From Yuukianura sp. NJ FZ-2021 (taxonomy: Eukaryota): a stretch of 64,000 nucleotides of DNA. Shown here piece by piece: positions 1-15,112 of the stretch (positions are counted from its first letter, which is position 1; every line of letters begins with the position of its first letter). The stretch spans positions 15,314,001 through 15,378,000 of the forward strand of contig CM102286.1 in the NCBI GenBank assembly GCA_046563655.1. Direction: 5' to 3'. Below the pieces are notes generated by a model. It worked only from the letters and a program-made list of their open reading frames with translations. It was not told where the DNA came from and searched no databases. The translations under genes and the position numbers were made by a program.

Positions 1-457
1 CGATGCTATTTTTGACGAGGACACTGACGAGATGGTGGTGGTGAAGGAGATAGAGATGTTCTCCATGTGTGAGCATCATCTTGTTCCCTTCTTCGGCAAA
101 GTGGCCATTGGCTACCTCCCCAACAAGAAGGTCCTCGGCCTCAGCAAACTGGCCAGGATCGTAGAAGTGTACTCGCGTCGCTTGCAGGGTAAGTCACACC
201 TCTACGTTGTTCCAAAGTGACCGACTGATAGTTTGTGTTTAGTTCAGGAACGACTGACGCGTCAAATCGCTGAAGCAGTGCTGGAAGCGATCGAGCCAAG
301 GGGCGTGGGTGTGGTGGTGGAGGCAGCTCACATGTGCATGGTCATGCGCGGAGTGCAGAAAATCAACTCCAAAACACTGACGAGTTCCATGCTCGGAGAG
401 TTCAGAGACAACTCCAAGACACGCGAAGAGTTCCTGTCATTCTGTCGATCCAACTAG
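1..457 (+). CDS. GCH1: GTP cyclohydrolase I, 3' part (exons <1-188 and 243-457)
   Basis: Translation contains [28 protein letters not shown] and HMCMVMRG. A 54-bp GT-AG intron at 189-242 joins the two frames. Stop TAG at 455-457. Confidence 0.97.
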
Positions 458-1005
458 GCGGGGCCATTAATACTTGGACAACACGGTGCTAACTTCCACG
501 ACTTCCCAATTATTCAAGGGACCAATCTACGACGAAACAAAGGAGACTGGAGAGGGACCAAACTAATCGTAGACGTGCATAATAGCATAATAGGCACAAC
601 TACTATGATAGTCTAGAGTAGAACTTCCGACAATTCAGAGGAAAGGCCTCCTTTTAATTAATCCTTGTTGCAGCAAAGTCCTTTATTGATTATAGACTAA
701 GTAAAGAGTGGGACCAACCATTTACTCGCATAATCGCTTAAGCCAATTGTTGTAGTCAAATAAATTAAACGTTTGGGTTACATGCAAGGGACGAATGTGC
801 TAGGCAAAGCGACGCTCATCAAATGCTCAAATGCAGCTCTCCGTTTCCGGCTGACATAACACAGCTTTTAATCCATTGTGACCAAAAGTGCCAGATAATT
901 GTAACCCACGTTCGTTGGAACAGTGCCCAAGTAAAAAAATAACTTTAAGATCTTATTAGAATCACAAACACATTTTTCAAAAGTAAATTAACTTTGAATT
1001 TTCTA

Positions 1006-1235
1006 TGAAAATTCATAACTCGGGAACGAAAAGTGATAGAGACGTTAGCTCGACCGTTCTGAAGTCGCCAAAGTAAGAAGAATTTTATAGAAAATTAAAA
1101 CCACGACCCAAATTCTTGACGAAATTTCATAAAAATTGAAGGCTATAGCCTAGGATTTATTTTTGGCGGAAAATTTTTTCTTCGTTTTTGACCCTTTTAA
1201 AATTTCTAAAAATTCTCCATATGTGTCAATGTTCT
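1006..1235 (+). repeat. Left copy of a diverged ~220-bp direct repeat flanking the 315-bp array
   Basis: TGAAAATTCATAACTCGGGAAC...ATATGTGTCAATGTTCT aligns by eye with 15113-15327. Confidence 0.85.
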
Positions 1236-1242
1236 TTTCACA

Positions 1243-4200
1243 TCACAACATCTTCCCTGACAACTGCATCAAATTTAATTTGATATCAAAAAAGTAGCGT
1301 TTTCATTTAGTTTTGTCTCAAAACAATTTCGGCAAACTCCTCCTTATGGACGTTTCTATACAAAAACTTTAGATGTCTACAGTAACCATGTCTTACGTCA
1401 CACATAGCAACATATATACATTTTCTGAATCAGGAAGTCAAGCCCTTTCCAACGATATGCTACTTGCATGTGGTCGTCATAAGATCAAATGACGTCATTT
1501 GAATCCCCGTCACACTTTACCCTTTGCTTCTGGAGGGCTGAAAATTGATACAAATGATTACAACATCTTCCCTGACAACTGCATCAAATTTAATTCGATT
1601 TCAAAAAAGTAGCGTTTTCATTTAGTTTTGTCTCAAAACAATTTCGGCAAACTCCTGCTTATGGACTTTTCTATACAAAAACTTTAGATGTCTACAGTAA
1701 CCATGTTTTACGTCACACGTAGCAACATATATACATTTTCTGAATCAGGAAGTCAAGCCCTTTCCAACGATATGCTACTTGCATGTGGTCGTCATAAGAT
1801 CAAATGACGTCATTTGAATCCCCGTCACACTTTACCCTTTGCTTCTGGAGGGCTGAAAATTGATACAAATGATCACAACATCATCCCTGACAACTGCATC
1901 AAATTTAATTCGATTTCAAAAAAGTAGCGTTTTCATTTAGTTTTGTCTCAACAATTTCGGCAAACTCCTCCTTATGGACTTTTCTATACAAAAACTTTAG
2001 ATGTCTACAGTAACCATGTCTTACGTCACACATAGCAACATATATACATTTTCTGAATCAGGAAGTCAAGCCCTTTCCAACGATATGCTACTTGCATGTG
2101 GTCGTCATAAGATCAAATGACGTCATTTGAATCCCCGTCACACTTTACCCTTTGCTTCTGGAGGGCTAAAAATTGATACAAATGATCACAACATCTTTCC
2201 TGACAACTGCATCAAATTTAATTCGATTTCAAAAAAGTAGCGTTTTCATTTAGTTTTGTCTCAAAACAATTTCGGCAAACTCCTCCTTATGGACGTTTCT
2301 ATACAAAAACTTTAGATGTCTACAGTAACCATGTCTTACGTCACACATAGCAACATATATACATTTTCTGAATCAGGAAGTCAAGCCCTTTCCAACGATA
2401 TGCTACTTGCATGTGGTCGTCATAAGATCAAATGACGTCATTTGAATCCCCGTCACACTTTACCCTTTGCTTCTGGAGGGCTGAAAATTGATACAAATGA
2501 TTACAACATCTTCCCTGACAACTGCATCAAATTTAATTCGATTTCAAAAAAGTAGCGTTTTCATTTAGTTTTGTCTCAAAACAATTTCGGCAAACTCCTG
2601 CTTATGGACTTTTCTATACAAAAACTTTAGATGTCTACAGTAACCATGTCTTACGTCACACATAGCAACATATATACATTTTCTGAATCAGGAAGTCAAG
2701 CCCTTTCCAACGATATGCTACTTGCATGTGGTCGTCATAAGATCAAATGACGTCATTTGAATCCCCGTCACACTTTACCCTTTGCTTCTGGAGGGCTAAA
2801 AATTGATACAAATGATCACAACATCTTCCCTGACAACTGCATCAAATTTAATTCGATTTCAAAAAAGTAGCGTTTTCATTTAGTTTTGTCTCAAAACAAT
2901 TTCGGCAAACTCCTGCTTATGGACTTTTCTATACAAAAACTTTAGATGTCTACAGTAACCATGTCTTACGTCACACGTAGCAACATATATACATTTTCTG
3001 AATCAGGAAGTCAAGCCCTTTCCAACGATATGCTACTTGCATGTGGTCGTCATAAGATCAAATGACGTCATTTGAATCCCCGTCACACTTTACCCTTTGC
3101 TTCTGGAGGGCTAAAAATTGATACAAATGATCACAACATCTTTCCTGACAACTGCATCAAATTTAATTCGATTTCAAAAAAGTAGCGTTTTCATTTAGTT
3201 TTGTCTCAAAACAATTTCGGCAAACTCCTGCTTATGGACTTTTCTATACAAAAACTTTAGATGTCTACAGTAACCATGTCTTACGTCACACGTAGCAACA
3301 TATATACATTTTCTGAATCAGGAAGTCAAGCCCTTTCCAACGATATGCTACTTGCATGTGGTCGTCATAAGATCAAATGACGTCATTTGAATCCCCGTCA
3401 CACTTTACCCTTTGCTTCTGGAGGGCTAAAAATTGATACAAATGATCACAACATCTTTCCCTGACAACTGCATCAAATTTAATTCGATTTCAAAAAAGTA
3501 GCGTTTTCATTTAGTTTTGTCTCAAAACAATTTCGGCAAACTCCTCCGTATGGACTTTTCTATACAAAAACTTTAGATGTCTACAGTAACCATGTCTTAC
3601 GTCACACATAGCAACATATATACAATTTCTGAATCAGGAAGTCAAGCCCTTTCCAACGATATGCTACTTGCATGTGGTCGTCATAAGATCAAATGACGTC
3701 ATTTGAATCCCCGTCACACTTTACCCTTTGCTTCTGGAGGGCTGAAAATTGATACAAATGATTACAACATCTTCCCTGACAACTGCATCAAATTTAATTC
3801 GATTTCAAAAAAGTAGCGTTTTCATTTAGTTTTGTCTCAAAACAATTTCGGCAAACTCCTGCTTATGGACTTTTCTATACAAAAACTTTAGATGTCTACA
3901 GTAACCATGTCTTACGTCACACGTAGCAACATATATACATTTTCTGAATCAGGAAGTCAAGCCCTTTCCAACGATATGCTACTTGCATGTGGTCGTCATA
4001 AGATCAAATGACGTCATTTGAATCCCCGTCACACTTTACCCTTTGCTTCTGGAGGGCTAAAAATTGATACAAATGATCACAACATCTTTCCTGACAACTG
4101 CATCAAATTTAATTCGATTTCAAAAAAGTAGCGTTTTCATTTAGTTTTGTCTCAAAACAATTTCGGCAAACTCCTCCTTATGGACTTTTCTATACAAAAA

Positions 4201-7200
4201 CTTTAGATGTCTACAGTAACCATGTCTTACGTCACACATAGCAACATATATACAATTTCTGAATCAGGAAGTGAAGCCCTTTCCAACGATATGCTACTTG
4301 CATGTGGTCGTCATAAGATCAAATGACGTCATTTGAATCCCCGTCACACTTTACCCTTTGCTTCTGGAGGGCTGAAAATTGATACAAATGATTACAACAT
4401 CTTCCCTGACAACTGCATCAAATTTAATTCGATTTCAAAAAAGTAGCGTTTTCATTTAGTTTTGTCTCAAAACAATTTCGGCAAACTCCTCCTGATGGAC
4501 TTTTCTATACAAAAACTTTAGATGTCTACAGTAACCATGTCTTACGTCACACATAGCAACATATATACAATTTCTGAATCAGGAAGTCAAGCCCTTTCCA
4601 ACGATATGCTACTTGCATGTGGTCGTCATAAGATCAAATGACGTCATTTGAATCCCCGTCACACTTTACCCTTTGCTTCTGGAGGGCTGAAAATTGATAC
4701 AAATGATCACAACATCTTTCCTGACAACTGCATCAAATTTAATTCGATTTCAAAAAAGTAGCGTTTTCATTTAGTTTTGTCTCAAAACAATTTCGGCAAA
4801 CTCCTCCTTATGGACGTTTCTATACAAAAACTTTAGATGTCTACAGTAACCATGTCTTACGTCACACATAGCAACATATATACATTTTCTGAATCAGGAA
4901 GTCAAGCCCTTTCCAACGATATGCTACTTGCATGTGGTCGTCATAAGATCAAATGACGTCATTTGAATCCCCGTCACACTTTACCCTTTGCTTCTGGAGG
5001 GCTGAAAATTGATACAAATGATCACAACATCTTTCCCTGACAACTGCATCAAATTTAATTCGATTTCAAAAAAGTAGCGTTTTCATTTAGTTTTGTCTCA
5101 AAACAATTTCGGCAAACTCCTCCTGATGGACTTTTCTATACAAAAACTTTAGATGTCTACAGTAACCATGTCTTACGTCACACATAGCAACATATATACA
5201 ATTTCTGAATCAGGAAGTCAAGCCCTTTCCAACGATATGCTACTTGCATGTGGTCGTCATAAGATCAAATGACGTCATTTGAATCCCCGTCACACTTTAC
5301 CCTTTGCTTCTGGAGGGCTGAAAATTGATACAAATGATTACAACATCTTCCCTGACAACTGCATCAAATTTAATTCGATTTCAAAAAAGTAACGTTTTCA
5401 TTTAGTTTTGTCTCAAAACAATTTCGGCAAACTCCTGCTTATGGACTTTTCTATACAAAAACTTTATATGTCTACAGTAACCATGTCTTACGTCACACAT
5501 AGCAACATATATACATTTTCTGAATCAGGAAGTCAAGCCCTTTCCAACGATATGCTACTTGCATGTGGTCGTCATAAGATCAAATGACGTCATTTGAATC
5601 CCCGTCACACTTTACCCTTTGCTTCTGGAGGGCTAAAAATTGATACAAATGATCACAACATCTTTCCCTGACAACTGCATCAAATTTAATTCGATTTCAA
5701 AAAAGTAGCGTTTTCATTTAGTTTTGTCTCAAAACAATTTCGGCAAACTCCTCCTTATGGACGTTTCTATACAAAAACTTTAGATGTCTACAGTAACCAT
5801 GTCTTACGTCACACATAGCAACATATATACATTTTCTGAATCAGGAAGTCAAGCCCTTTCCAACGATATGCTACTTGCATGTGGTCGTCATAAGATCAAA
5901 TGACGTCATTTGAATCCCCGTCACACTTTACCCTTTGCTTCTGGAGGGCTGAAAATTGATACAAATGATCACAACATCTTCCCTGACAACTGCATCAAAT
6001 TTAATTCGATTTCAAAAAAGTAGCGTTTTCATTTAGTTTTGTCTCAAAACAATTTCGGCAAACTCCTCCTTATTAACTTTTCTATACAAAAACTTTAGAT
6101 GTCTACAGTAACCATGTCTTACGTCACACATAGCAACATATATACATTTTCTGAATCAGGAAGTGAAGCCCTTTCCAACGATATGCTACTTGCATGTGGT
6201 CGTCATAAGATCAAATGACGTCATTTGAATCCCCGTCACACTTTACCCTTTGCTTCTGGAGGGCTGAAAATTGATACAAATGATCACAACATCTTCCCTG
6301 ACAACTGCATCAAATTTAATTCGATTTCAAAAAAGTAGCGTTTTCATTTAGTTTTGTCTCAAAACAATTTCGGCAAACTCCTGCTTATGGACTTTTCTAT
6401 ACAAAAACTTTAGATGTCTACAGTAACCATGTCTTACGTCACACATAGCAACATATATACATTTTCTGAATCAGGAAGTCAAGCCCTTTCCAACGATATG
6501 CTACTTGCATGTGGTCGTCATAAGATCAAATGACGTCATTTGAATCCCCGTCACACTTTACCCTTTGCTTCTGGAGGGCTAAAAATTGATACAAATGATC
6601 ACAACATCTTTCCTGACAACTGCATCAAATTTAATTCGATTTCAAAAAAGTAGCGTTTTCATTTAGTTTTGTCTCAAAACAATTTCGGCAAACTCCTGCT
6701 TATGGACTTTTCTATACAAAAACTTTAGATGTCTACAGTAACCATGTCTTACGTCACACGTAGCAACATATATACATTTTCTGAATCAGGAAGTCAAGCC
6801 CTTTCCAACGATATGCTACTTGCATGTGGTCGTCATAAGATCAAATGACGTCATTTGAATCCCCGTCACACTTTACCCTTTGCTTCTGGAGGGCTAAAAA
6901 TTGATACAAATGATCACAACATCTTTCCTGACAACTGCATCAAATTTAATTCGATTTCAAAAAAGTAGCGTTTTCATTTAGTTTTGTCTCAAAACAATTT
7001 CGGCAAACTCCTCCGTATGGACTTTTCTATACAAAAACTTTAGATGTCTACAGTAACCATGTCTTACGTCACACATAGCAACATATATACAATTTTCTGA
7101 ATCAGGAAGTCAAGCCCTTTCCAACGATATGCTACTTGCATGTGGTCGTCATAAGATCAAATGACGTCATTTGAATCCCCGTCACACTTTACCCTTTGCT

Positions 7201-10200
7201 TCTGGAGGGCTGAAAATTGATACAAATGATTACAACATCTTCCCTGACAACTGCATCAAATTTAATTCGATTTCAAAAAAGTAGCGTTTTCATTTAGTTT
7301 TGTCTCAAAACAATTTCGGCAAACTCCTGCTTATGGACTTTTCTATACAAAAACTTTAGATGTCTACAGTAACCATGTCTTACGTCACACGTAGCAACAT
7401 ATATACATTTTCTGAATCAGGAAGTCAAGCCCTTTCCAACGATATGCTACTTGCATGTGGTCGTCATAAGATCAAATGACGTCATTTGAATCCCCGTCAC
7501 ACTTTACCCTTTGCTTCTGGAGGGCTAAAAATTGATACAAATGATCACAACATCTTTCCTGACAACTGCATCAAATTTAATTCGATTTCAAAAAAGTAGC
7601 GTTTTCATTTAGTTTTGTCTCAAAACAATTTCGGCAAACTCCTCCTTATGGACTTTTCTATACAAAAACTTTAGATGTCTACAGTAACCATGTCTTACGT
7701 CACACATAGCAACATATATACATTTTCTGAATCAGGAAGTCAAGCCCTTTCCAACGATATGCTACTTGCATGTGGTCGTCATAAGATCAAATGACGTCAT
7801 TTGAATCCCCGTCACACTTTACCCTTTGCTTCTGGAGGGCTGAAAATTGATACAAATGATTACAACATCTTCCCTGACAACTGCATCAAATTTAATTCGA
7901 TTTCAAAAAAGTAGCGTTTTCATTTAGTTTTGTCTCAAAACAATTTCGGCAAACTCCTGCTTATGGACTTTTCTATACAAAAACTTTAGATGTCTACAGT
8001 AACCATGTCTTACGTCACACGTAGCAACATATATACATTTTCTGAATCAGGAAGTCAAGCCCTTTCCAACGATATGCTACTTGCATGTGGTCGTCATAAG
8101 ATCAAATGACGTCATTTGAATCCCCGTCACACTTTACCCTTTGCTTCTGGAGGGCTAAAAATTGATACAAATGATCACAACATCTTTCCCTGACAACTGC
8201 ATCAAATTTAATTCGATTTCAAAAAAGTAGCGTTTTCATTTAGTTTTGTCTCAAAACAATTTCGGCAAACTCCTGCTTATGGACTTTTCTATACAAAAAC
8301 TTTAGATGTCTACAGTAACCATGTCTTACGTCACACATAGCAACATATATACATTTTCTGAATCAGGAAGTCAAGCCCTTTCCAACGATATGCTACTTGC
8401 ATGTGGTCGTCATAAGATCAAATGACGTCATTTGAATCCCCGTCACACTTTACCCTTTGCTTCTGGAGGGCTAAAAATTGATACAAATGATCACAACATT
8501 TTCCCTGACAACTGCATCAAATTTAATTCGATTTCAAAAAAGTAGCGTTTTCATTTAGTTTTGTCTCAAAACAATTTCGGCAAACTCCTCCTTATGGACT
8601 TTTCTATACAAAAACTTTAGATGTCTACAGTAACCATGTCTTACGTCACACATAGCAACATATATACAATTTCTGAATCAGGAAGTCAAGCCCTTTCCAA
8701 CGATATGCTACTTGCATGTGGTCGTCATAAGATCAAATGACGTCATTTGAATCCCCGTCACACTTTACCCTTTGCTTCTGGAGGGCTGAAAATTGATACA
8801 AATGATTACAACATCTTCCCTGACAACTGCATCAAATTTAATTCGATTTCAAAAAAGTAGCGTTTTCATTTAGTTTTGTCTCAAAACAATTTCGGCAAAC
8901 TCCTGCTTATGGACTTTTCTATACAAAAACTTTAGATGTCTACAGTAACCATGTCTTACGTCACACATAGCAACATATATACATTTTCTGAATCAGGAAG
9001 TCAAGCCCTTTCCAACGATATGCTACTTGCATGTGGTCGTCATAAGATCAAATGACGTCATTTGAATCCCCGTCACACTTTACCCTTTGCTTCTGGAGGG
9101 CTAAAAATTGATACAAATGATCACAACATCTTTCCTGACAACTGCATCAAATTTAATTCGATTTCAAAAAAGTAGCGTTTTCATTTAGTTTTGTCTCAAA
9201 ACAATTTCGGCAAACTCCTCCTTATGGACTTTTCTATACAAAAACTTTAGATGTCTACAGTAACCATGTCTTACGTCACACATAGCAACATATATACATT
9301 TTCTGAATCAGGAAGTGAAGCCCTTTCCAACGATATGCTACTTGCATGTGGTCGTCATAAGATCAAATGACGTCATTTGAATCCCCGTCACACTTTACCC
9401 TTTGCTTCTGGAGGGCTGAAAATTGATACAAATGATCACAACATCTTCCCTGACAACTGCATCAAATTTAATTCGATTTCAAAAAAGTAGCGTTTTCATT
9501 TAGTTTTGTCTCAAAACAATTTCGGCAAACTCCTGCTTATGGACTTTTCTATACAAAAACTTTAGATGTCTACAGTAACCATGTCTTACGTCACACGTAG
9601 CAACATATATACATTTTCTGAATCAGGAAGTCAAGCCCTTTCCAACGATATGCTACTTGCATGTGGTCGTCATAAGATCAAATGACGTCATTTGAATCCC
9701 CGTCACACTTTACCCTTTGCTTCTGGAGGGCTAAAAATTGATACAAATGATCACAACATCTTTCCCTGACAACTGCATCAAATTTAATTCGATTTCAAAA
9801 AAGTAGCGTTTTCATTTAGTTTTGTCTCAAAACAATTTCGGCAAACTCCTCCTTATGGACTTTTCTATACAAAAACTTTAGATGTCTACAGTAACCATGT
9901 CTTACGTCACACATAGCAACATATATACATTTTCTGAATCAGGAAGTCAAGCCCTTTCCAACGATATGCTACTTGCATGTGGTCGTCATAAGATCAAATG
10001 ACGTCATTTGAATCCCCGTCACACTTTACCCTTTGCTTCTGGAGGGCTGAAAATTGATACAAATGATCACAACATCTTTCCCTGACAACTGCATCAAATT
10101 TAATTCGATTTCAAAAAAGTAGCGTTTTCATTTAGTTTTGTCTCAAAACAATTTCGGCAAACTCCTCCGTATGGACTTTTCTATACAAAAACTTTAGATG

Positions 10201-13200
10201 TCTACAGTAACCATGTCTTACGTCACACATAGCAACATATATACAATTTTCTGAATCAGGAAGTCAAGCCCTTTCCAACGATATGCTACTTGCATGTGGT
10301 CGTCATAAGATCAAATGACGTCATTTGAATCCCCGTCACACTTTACCCTTTGCTTCTGGAGGGCTGAAAATTGATACAAATGATCACAACATCTTCCCTG
10401 ACAACTGCATCAAATTTAATTCGATTTCAAAAAAGTAGCGTTTTCATTTAGTTTTGTCTCAAAACAATTTCGGCAAACTCCTGCTTATGGACTTTTCTAT
10501 ACAAAAACTTTAGATGTCTACAGTAACCATGTCTTACGTCACACGTAGCAACATATATACATTTTCTGAATCAGGAAGTCAAGCCCTTTCCAACGATATG
10601 CTACTTGCATGTGGTCGTCATAAGATCAAATGACGTCATTTGAATCCCCGTCACACTTTACCCTTTGCTTCTGGAGGGCTAAAAATTGATACAAATGATC
10701 ACAACATCTTTCCTGACAACTGCATCAAATTTAATTCGATTTCAAAAAAGTAGCGTTTTCATTTAGTTTTGTCTCAAAACAATTTCGGCAAACTCCTCCT
10801 TATGGACTTTTCTATACAAAAACTTTAGATGTCTACAGTAACCATGTCTTACGTCACACATAGCAACATATATACAATTTTCTGAATCAGGAAGTCAAGC
10901 CCTTTCCAACGATATGCTACTTGCATGTGGTCGTCATAAGATCAAATGACGTCATTTGAATCCCCGTCACACTTTACCCTTTGCTTCTGGAGGGCTGAAA
11001 ATTGATACAAATGATTACAACATCTTCCCTGACAACTGCATCAAATTTAATTCGATTTCAAAAAAGTAGCGTTTTCATTTAGTTTTGTCTCAAAACAATT
11101 TCGGCAAACTCCTGCTTATGGACTTTTCTATACAAAAACTTTAGATGTCTACAGTAACCATGTCTTACGTCACACATAGCAACATATATACATTTTCTGA
11201 ATCAGGAAGTCAAGCCCTTTCCAACGATATGCTACTTGCATGTGGTCGTCATAAGATCAAATGACGTCATTTGAATCCCCGTCACACTTTACCCTTTGCT
11301 TCTGGAGGGCTAAAAATTGATACAAATGATCACAACATCTTTCCTGACAACTGCATCAAATTTAATTCGATTTCAAAAAAGTAGCGTTTTCATTTAGTTT
11401 TGTCTCAAAACAATTTCGGCAAACTCCTCCTTATGGACTTTTCTATACAAAAACTTTAGATGTCTACAGTAACCATGTCTTACGTCACACATAGCAACAT
11501 ATATACATTTTCTGAATCAGGAAGTCAAGCCCTTTCCAACGATATGCTACTTGCATGTGGTCGTCATAAGATCAAATGACGTCATTTGAATCCCCGTCAC
11601 ACTTTACCCTTTGCTTCTGGAGGGCTAAAAATTGATACAAATGATCACAACATCTTTCCTGACAACTGCATCAAATTTAATTCGATTTCAAAAAAGTAGC
11701 GTTTTCATTTAGTTTTGTCTCAAAACAATTTCGGCAAACTCCTGCTTATGGACTTTTCTATACAAAAACTTTAGATGTCTACAGTAACCATGTCTTACGT
11801 CACACATAGCAACATATATACATTTTCTGAATCAGGAAGTCAAGCCCTTTCCAACGATATGCTACTTGCATGTGGTCGTCATAAGATCAAATGACGTCAT
11901 TTGAATCCCCGTCACACTTTACCCTTTGCTTCTGGAGGGCTAAAAATTGATACAAATGATCACAACATCTTTCCTGACAACTGCATCAAATTTAATTCGA
12001 TTTCAAAAAAGTAGCGTTTTCATTTAGTTTTGTCTCAAAACAATTTCGGCAAACTCCTCCGTATGGACTTTTCTATACAAAAACTTTAGATGTCTACAGT
12101 AACCATGTCTTACGTCACACATAGCAACATATATACAATTTTCTGAATCAGGAAGTCAAGCCCTTTCCAACGATATGCTACTTGCATGTGGTCGTCATAA
12201 GATCAAATGACGTCATTTGAATCCCCGTCACACTTTACCCTTTGCTTCTGGAGGGCTGAAAATTGATACAAATGATTACAACATCTTCCCTGACAACTGC
12301 ATCAAATTTAATTCGATTTCAAAAAAGTAGCGTTTTCATTTAGTTTTGTCTCAAAACAATTTCGGCAAACTCCTGCTTATGGACTTTTCTATACAAAAAC
12401 TTTAGATGTCTACAGTAACCATGTCTTACGTCACACGTAGCAACATATATACATTTTCTGAATCAGGAAGTGAAGCCCTTTCCAACGATATGCTACTTGC
12501 ATGTGGTCGTCATAAGATCAAATGACGTCATTTGAATCCCCGTCACACTTTACCCTTTGCTTCTGGAGGGCTGAAAATTGATACAAATGATTACAACATC
12601 TTCCCTGACAACTGCATCAAATTTAATTCGATTTCAAAAAAGTAGCGTTTTCATTTAGTTTTGTCTCAAAACAATTTCGGCAAACTCCTGCTTATGGACT
12701 TTTCTATACAAAAACTTTAGATGTCTACAGTAACCATGTCTTACGTCACACGTAGCAACATATATACATTTTCTGAATCAGGAAGTCAAGCCCTTTCCAA
12801 CGATATGCTACTTGCATGTGGTCGTCATAAGATCAAATGACGTCATTTGAATCCCCGTCACACTTTACCCTTTGCTTCTGGAGGGCTGAAAATTGATACA
12901 AATGATCACAACATCTTTCCTGACAACTGCATCAAATTTAATTCGATTTCAAAAAAGTAGCGTTTTCATTTAGTTTTGTCTCAAAACAATTTCGGCAAAC
13001 TCCTCCTGATGGACTTTTCTATACAAAAACTTTAGATGTCTACAGTAACCATGTCTTACGTCACACATAGCAACATATATACAATTTCTGAATCAGGAAG
13101 TCAAGCCCTTTCCAACGATATGCTACTTGCATGTGGTCGTCATAAGATCAAATGACGTCATTTGAATCCCCGTCACACTTTACCCTTTGCTTCTGGAGGG

Positions 13201-15037
13201 CTGAAAATTGATACAAATGATTACAACATCTTCCCTGACAACTGCATCAAATTTAATTCGATTTCAAAAAAGTAGCGTTTTCATTTAGTTTTGTCTCAAA
13301 ACAATTTCGGCAAACTCCTGCTTATGGACTTTTCTATACAAAAACTTTAGATGTCTACAGTAACCATGTCTTACGTCGCACATAGCAACATATATACATT
13401 TTCTGAATCAGGAAGTGAAGCCCTTTCCAACGATATGCTACTTGCATGTGGTCGTCATAAGATGAAGTGGCAACATTTGAAGCCACGTCACACTTTACCC
13501 TTTGCTTCTTGAGGGCTAAAACTTGGTACAAATCACCAAAACATCTTCCCTAACAATTGCATCAAATTTAATTCGATTTCAAAAAAGTAGCGTTTTCATT
13601 TAGTTTTTCTCAAACCAATTTGGGCAAACTCCTCCTTATGGACTTTTCTATACAAAAATTGTTTACCTCTAGAGTAGCCATGTCTTACGTCGCACATAGC
13701 AACATATATACATTTTCTGAATCAGGAAGTGAAGCCCTTTCCAACGATATGCTACTTGCATGTGGTCGTCATAAGATCAAATGACGTCATTTGAATCCCC
13801 GTCACACTTTACCCTTTGCTTCTGGAGGGCTGAAAATTGATACAAATGATCACAACATCTTCCCTGACAACTGCATCAAATTTAATTCGATTTCAAAAAA
13901 GTAGCGTTTTCATTTAGTTTTGTCTCAAAACAATTTCGGCAAACTCCTCCTTATTAACTTTTCTATACAAAAACTTTAGATGTCTACAGTAACCATGTCT
14001 TACGTCACACATAGCAACATATATACATTTTCTGAATCAGGAAGTCAAGCCCTTTCCAACGATATGCTACTTGCATGTGGTCGTCATAAGATCAAATGAC
14101 GTCATTTGAATCCCCGTCACACTTTACCCTTTGCTTCTGGAGGGCTGAAAATTGATACAAATGATCACAACATCTTCCCTGACAACTGCATCAAATTTAA
14201 TTCGATTTCAAAAAAGTAGCGTTTTCATTTAGTTTTGTCTCAAAACAATTTCGGCAAACTCCTCCTTATGGACTTTTCTATACAAAAACTTTAGATGTCT
14301 ACAGTAACCATGTCTTACGTCACACATAGCAACATATATACATTTTCTGAATCAGGAAGTGAAGCCCTTTCCAACGATATGCTACTTGCATGTGGTCGTC
14401 ATAAGATCAAATGACGTCATTTGAATCCCCGTCACACTTTACCCTTTGCTTCTGGAGGGCTGAAAATTGATACAAATGATCACAACATCTTCCCTGACAA
14501 CTGCATCAAATTTAATTCGATTTCAAAAAAGTAGCGTTTTCATTTAGTTTTGTCTCAAAACAATTTCGGCAAACTCCTCCTGATGGACTTTTCTATACAA
14601 ACACTTTAGATGTCTACAGTAACCATGTCTTACGTCACACATAGCAACATATATACATTTTCTGAATCAGGAAGTCAAGCCCTTTCCAACGATATGCTAC
14701 TTGCATGTGGTCGTCATAAGATCAAATGACGTCATTTGAATCCCCGTCACACTTTACCGTTTGCTTCTGGAGGGCTAAAAATTGATACAAATGATCACAA
14801 CATCTTCCCTGACAACTGCATCAAATTTAATTCGATTTCAAAAAAGTAGCGTTTTCATTTAGTTTTGTCTCAAAACAATTTCGGCAAACTCCTCCTTATG
14901 GACTTTTCTATACAAAAATTGTAGACCTCAAGAGTAGCCATGTCTTACGTCACACATAGCAACATATGTATATACATTTTTCTGAATCAGGAACTCAAAC
15001 GCAGTCCAACGATATGCTATTTGCAAGGGGTCGTCAT
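1243..15037. repeat. Tandem array (satellite) of ~44 copies of a 315-bp unit
   Basis: CAACATCTT recurs at 1246, 1561, 1876 and onward with period 315 +/-1. Units differ at only a few sites, except one diverged unit near 13461-13690 and the terminal unit. No long ORFs. Confidence 0.98.
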
Positions 15038-15112
15038 TAGACCTCCCCATAGTTTCCGGTAACGAGGTATGAATCTTCAGAATTTTCCTAATTTTGACTT
15101 TTCGCTAAACTT

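Noticed and set aside
1243..15037. 315-bp array as a coding repeat or tandem RNA-gene cluster (5S, snRNA, spliced leader)
   Set aside because: No ORF of 60 aa or more in the track and no recognisable RNA gene sequence in the unit.
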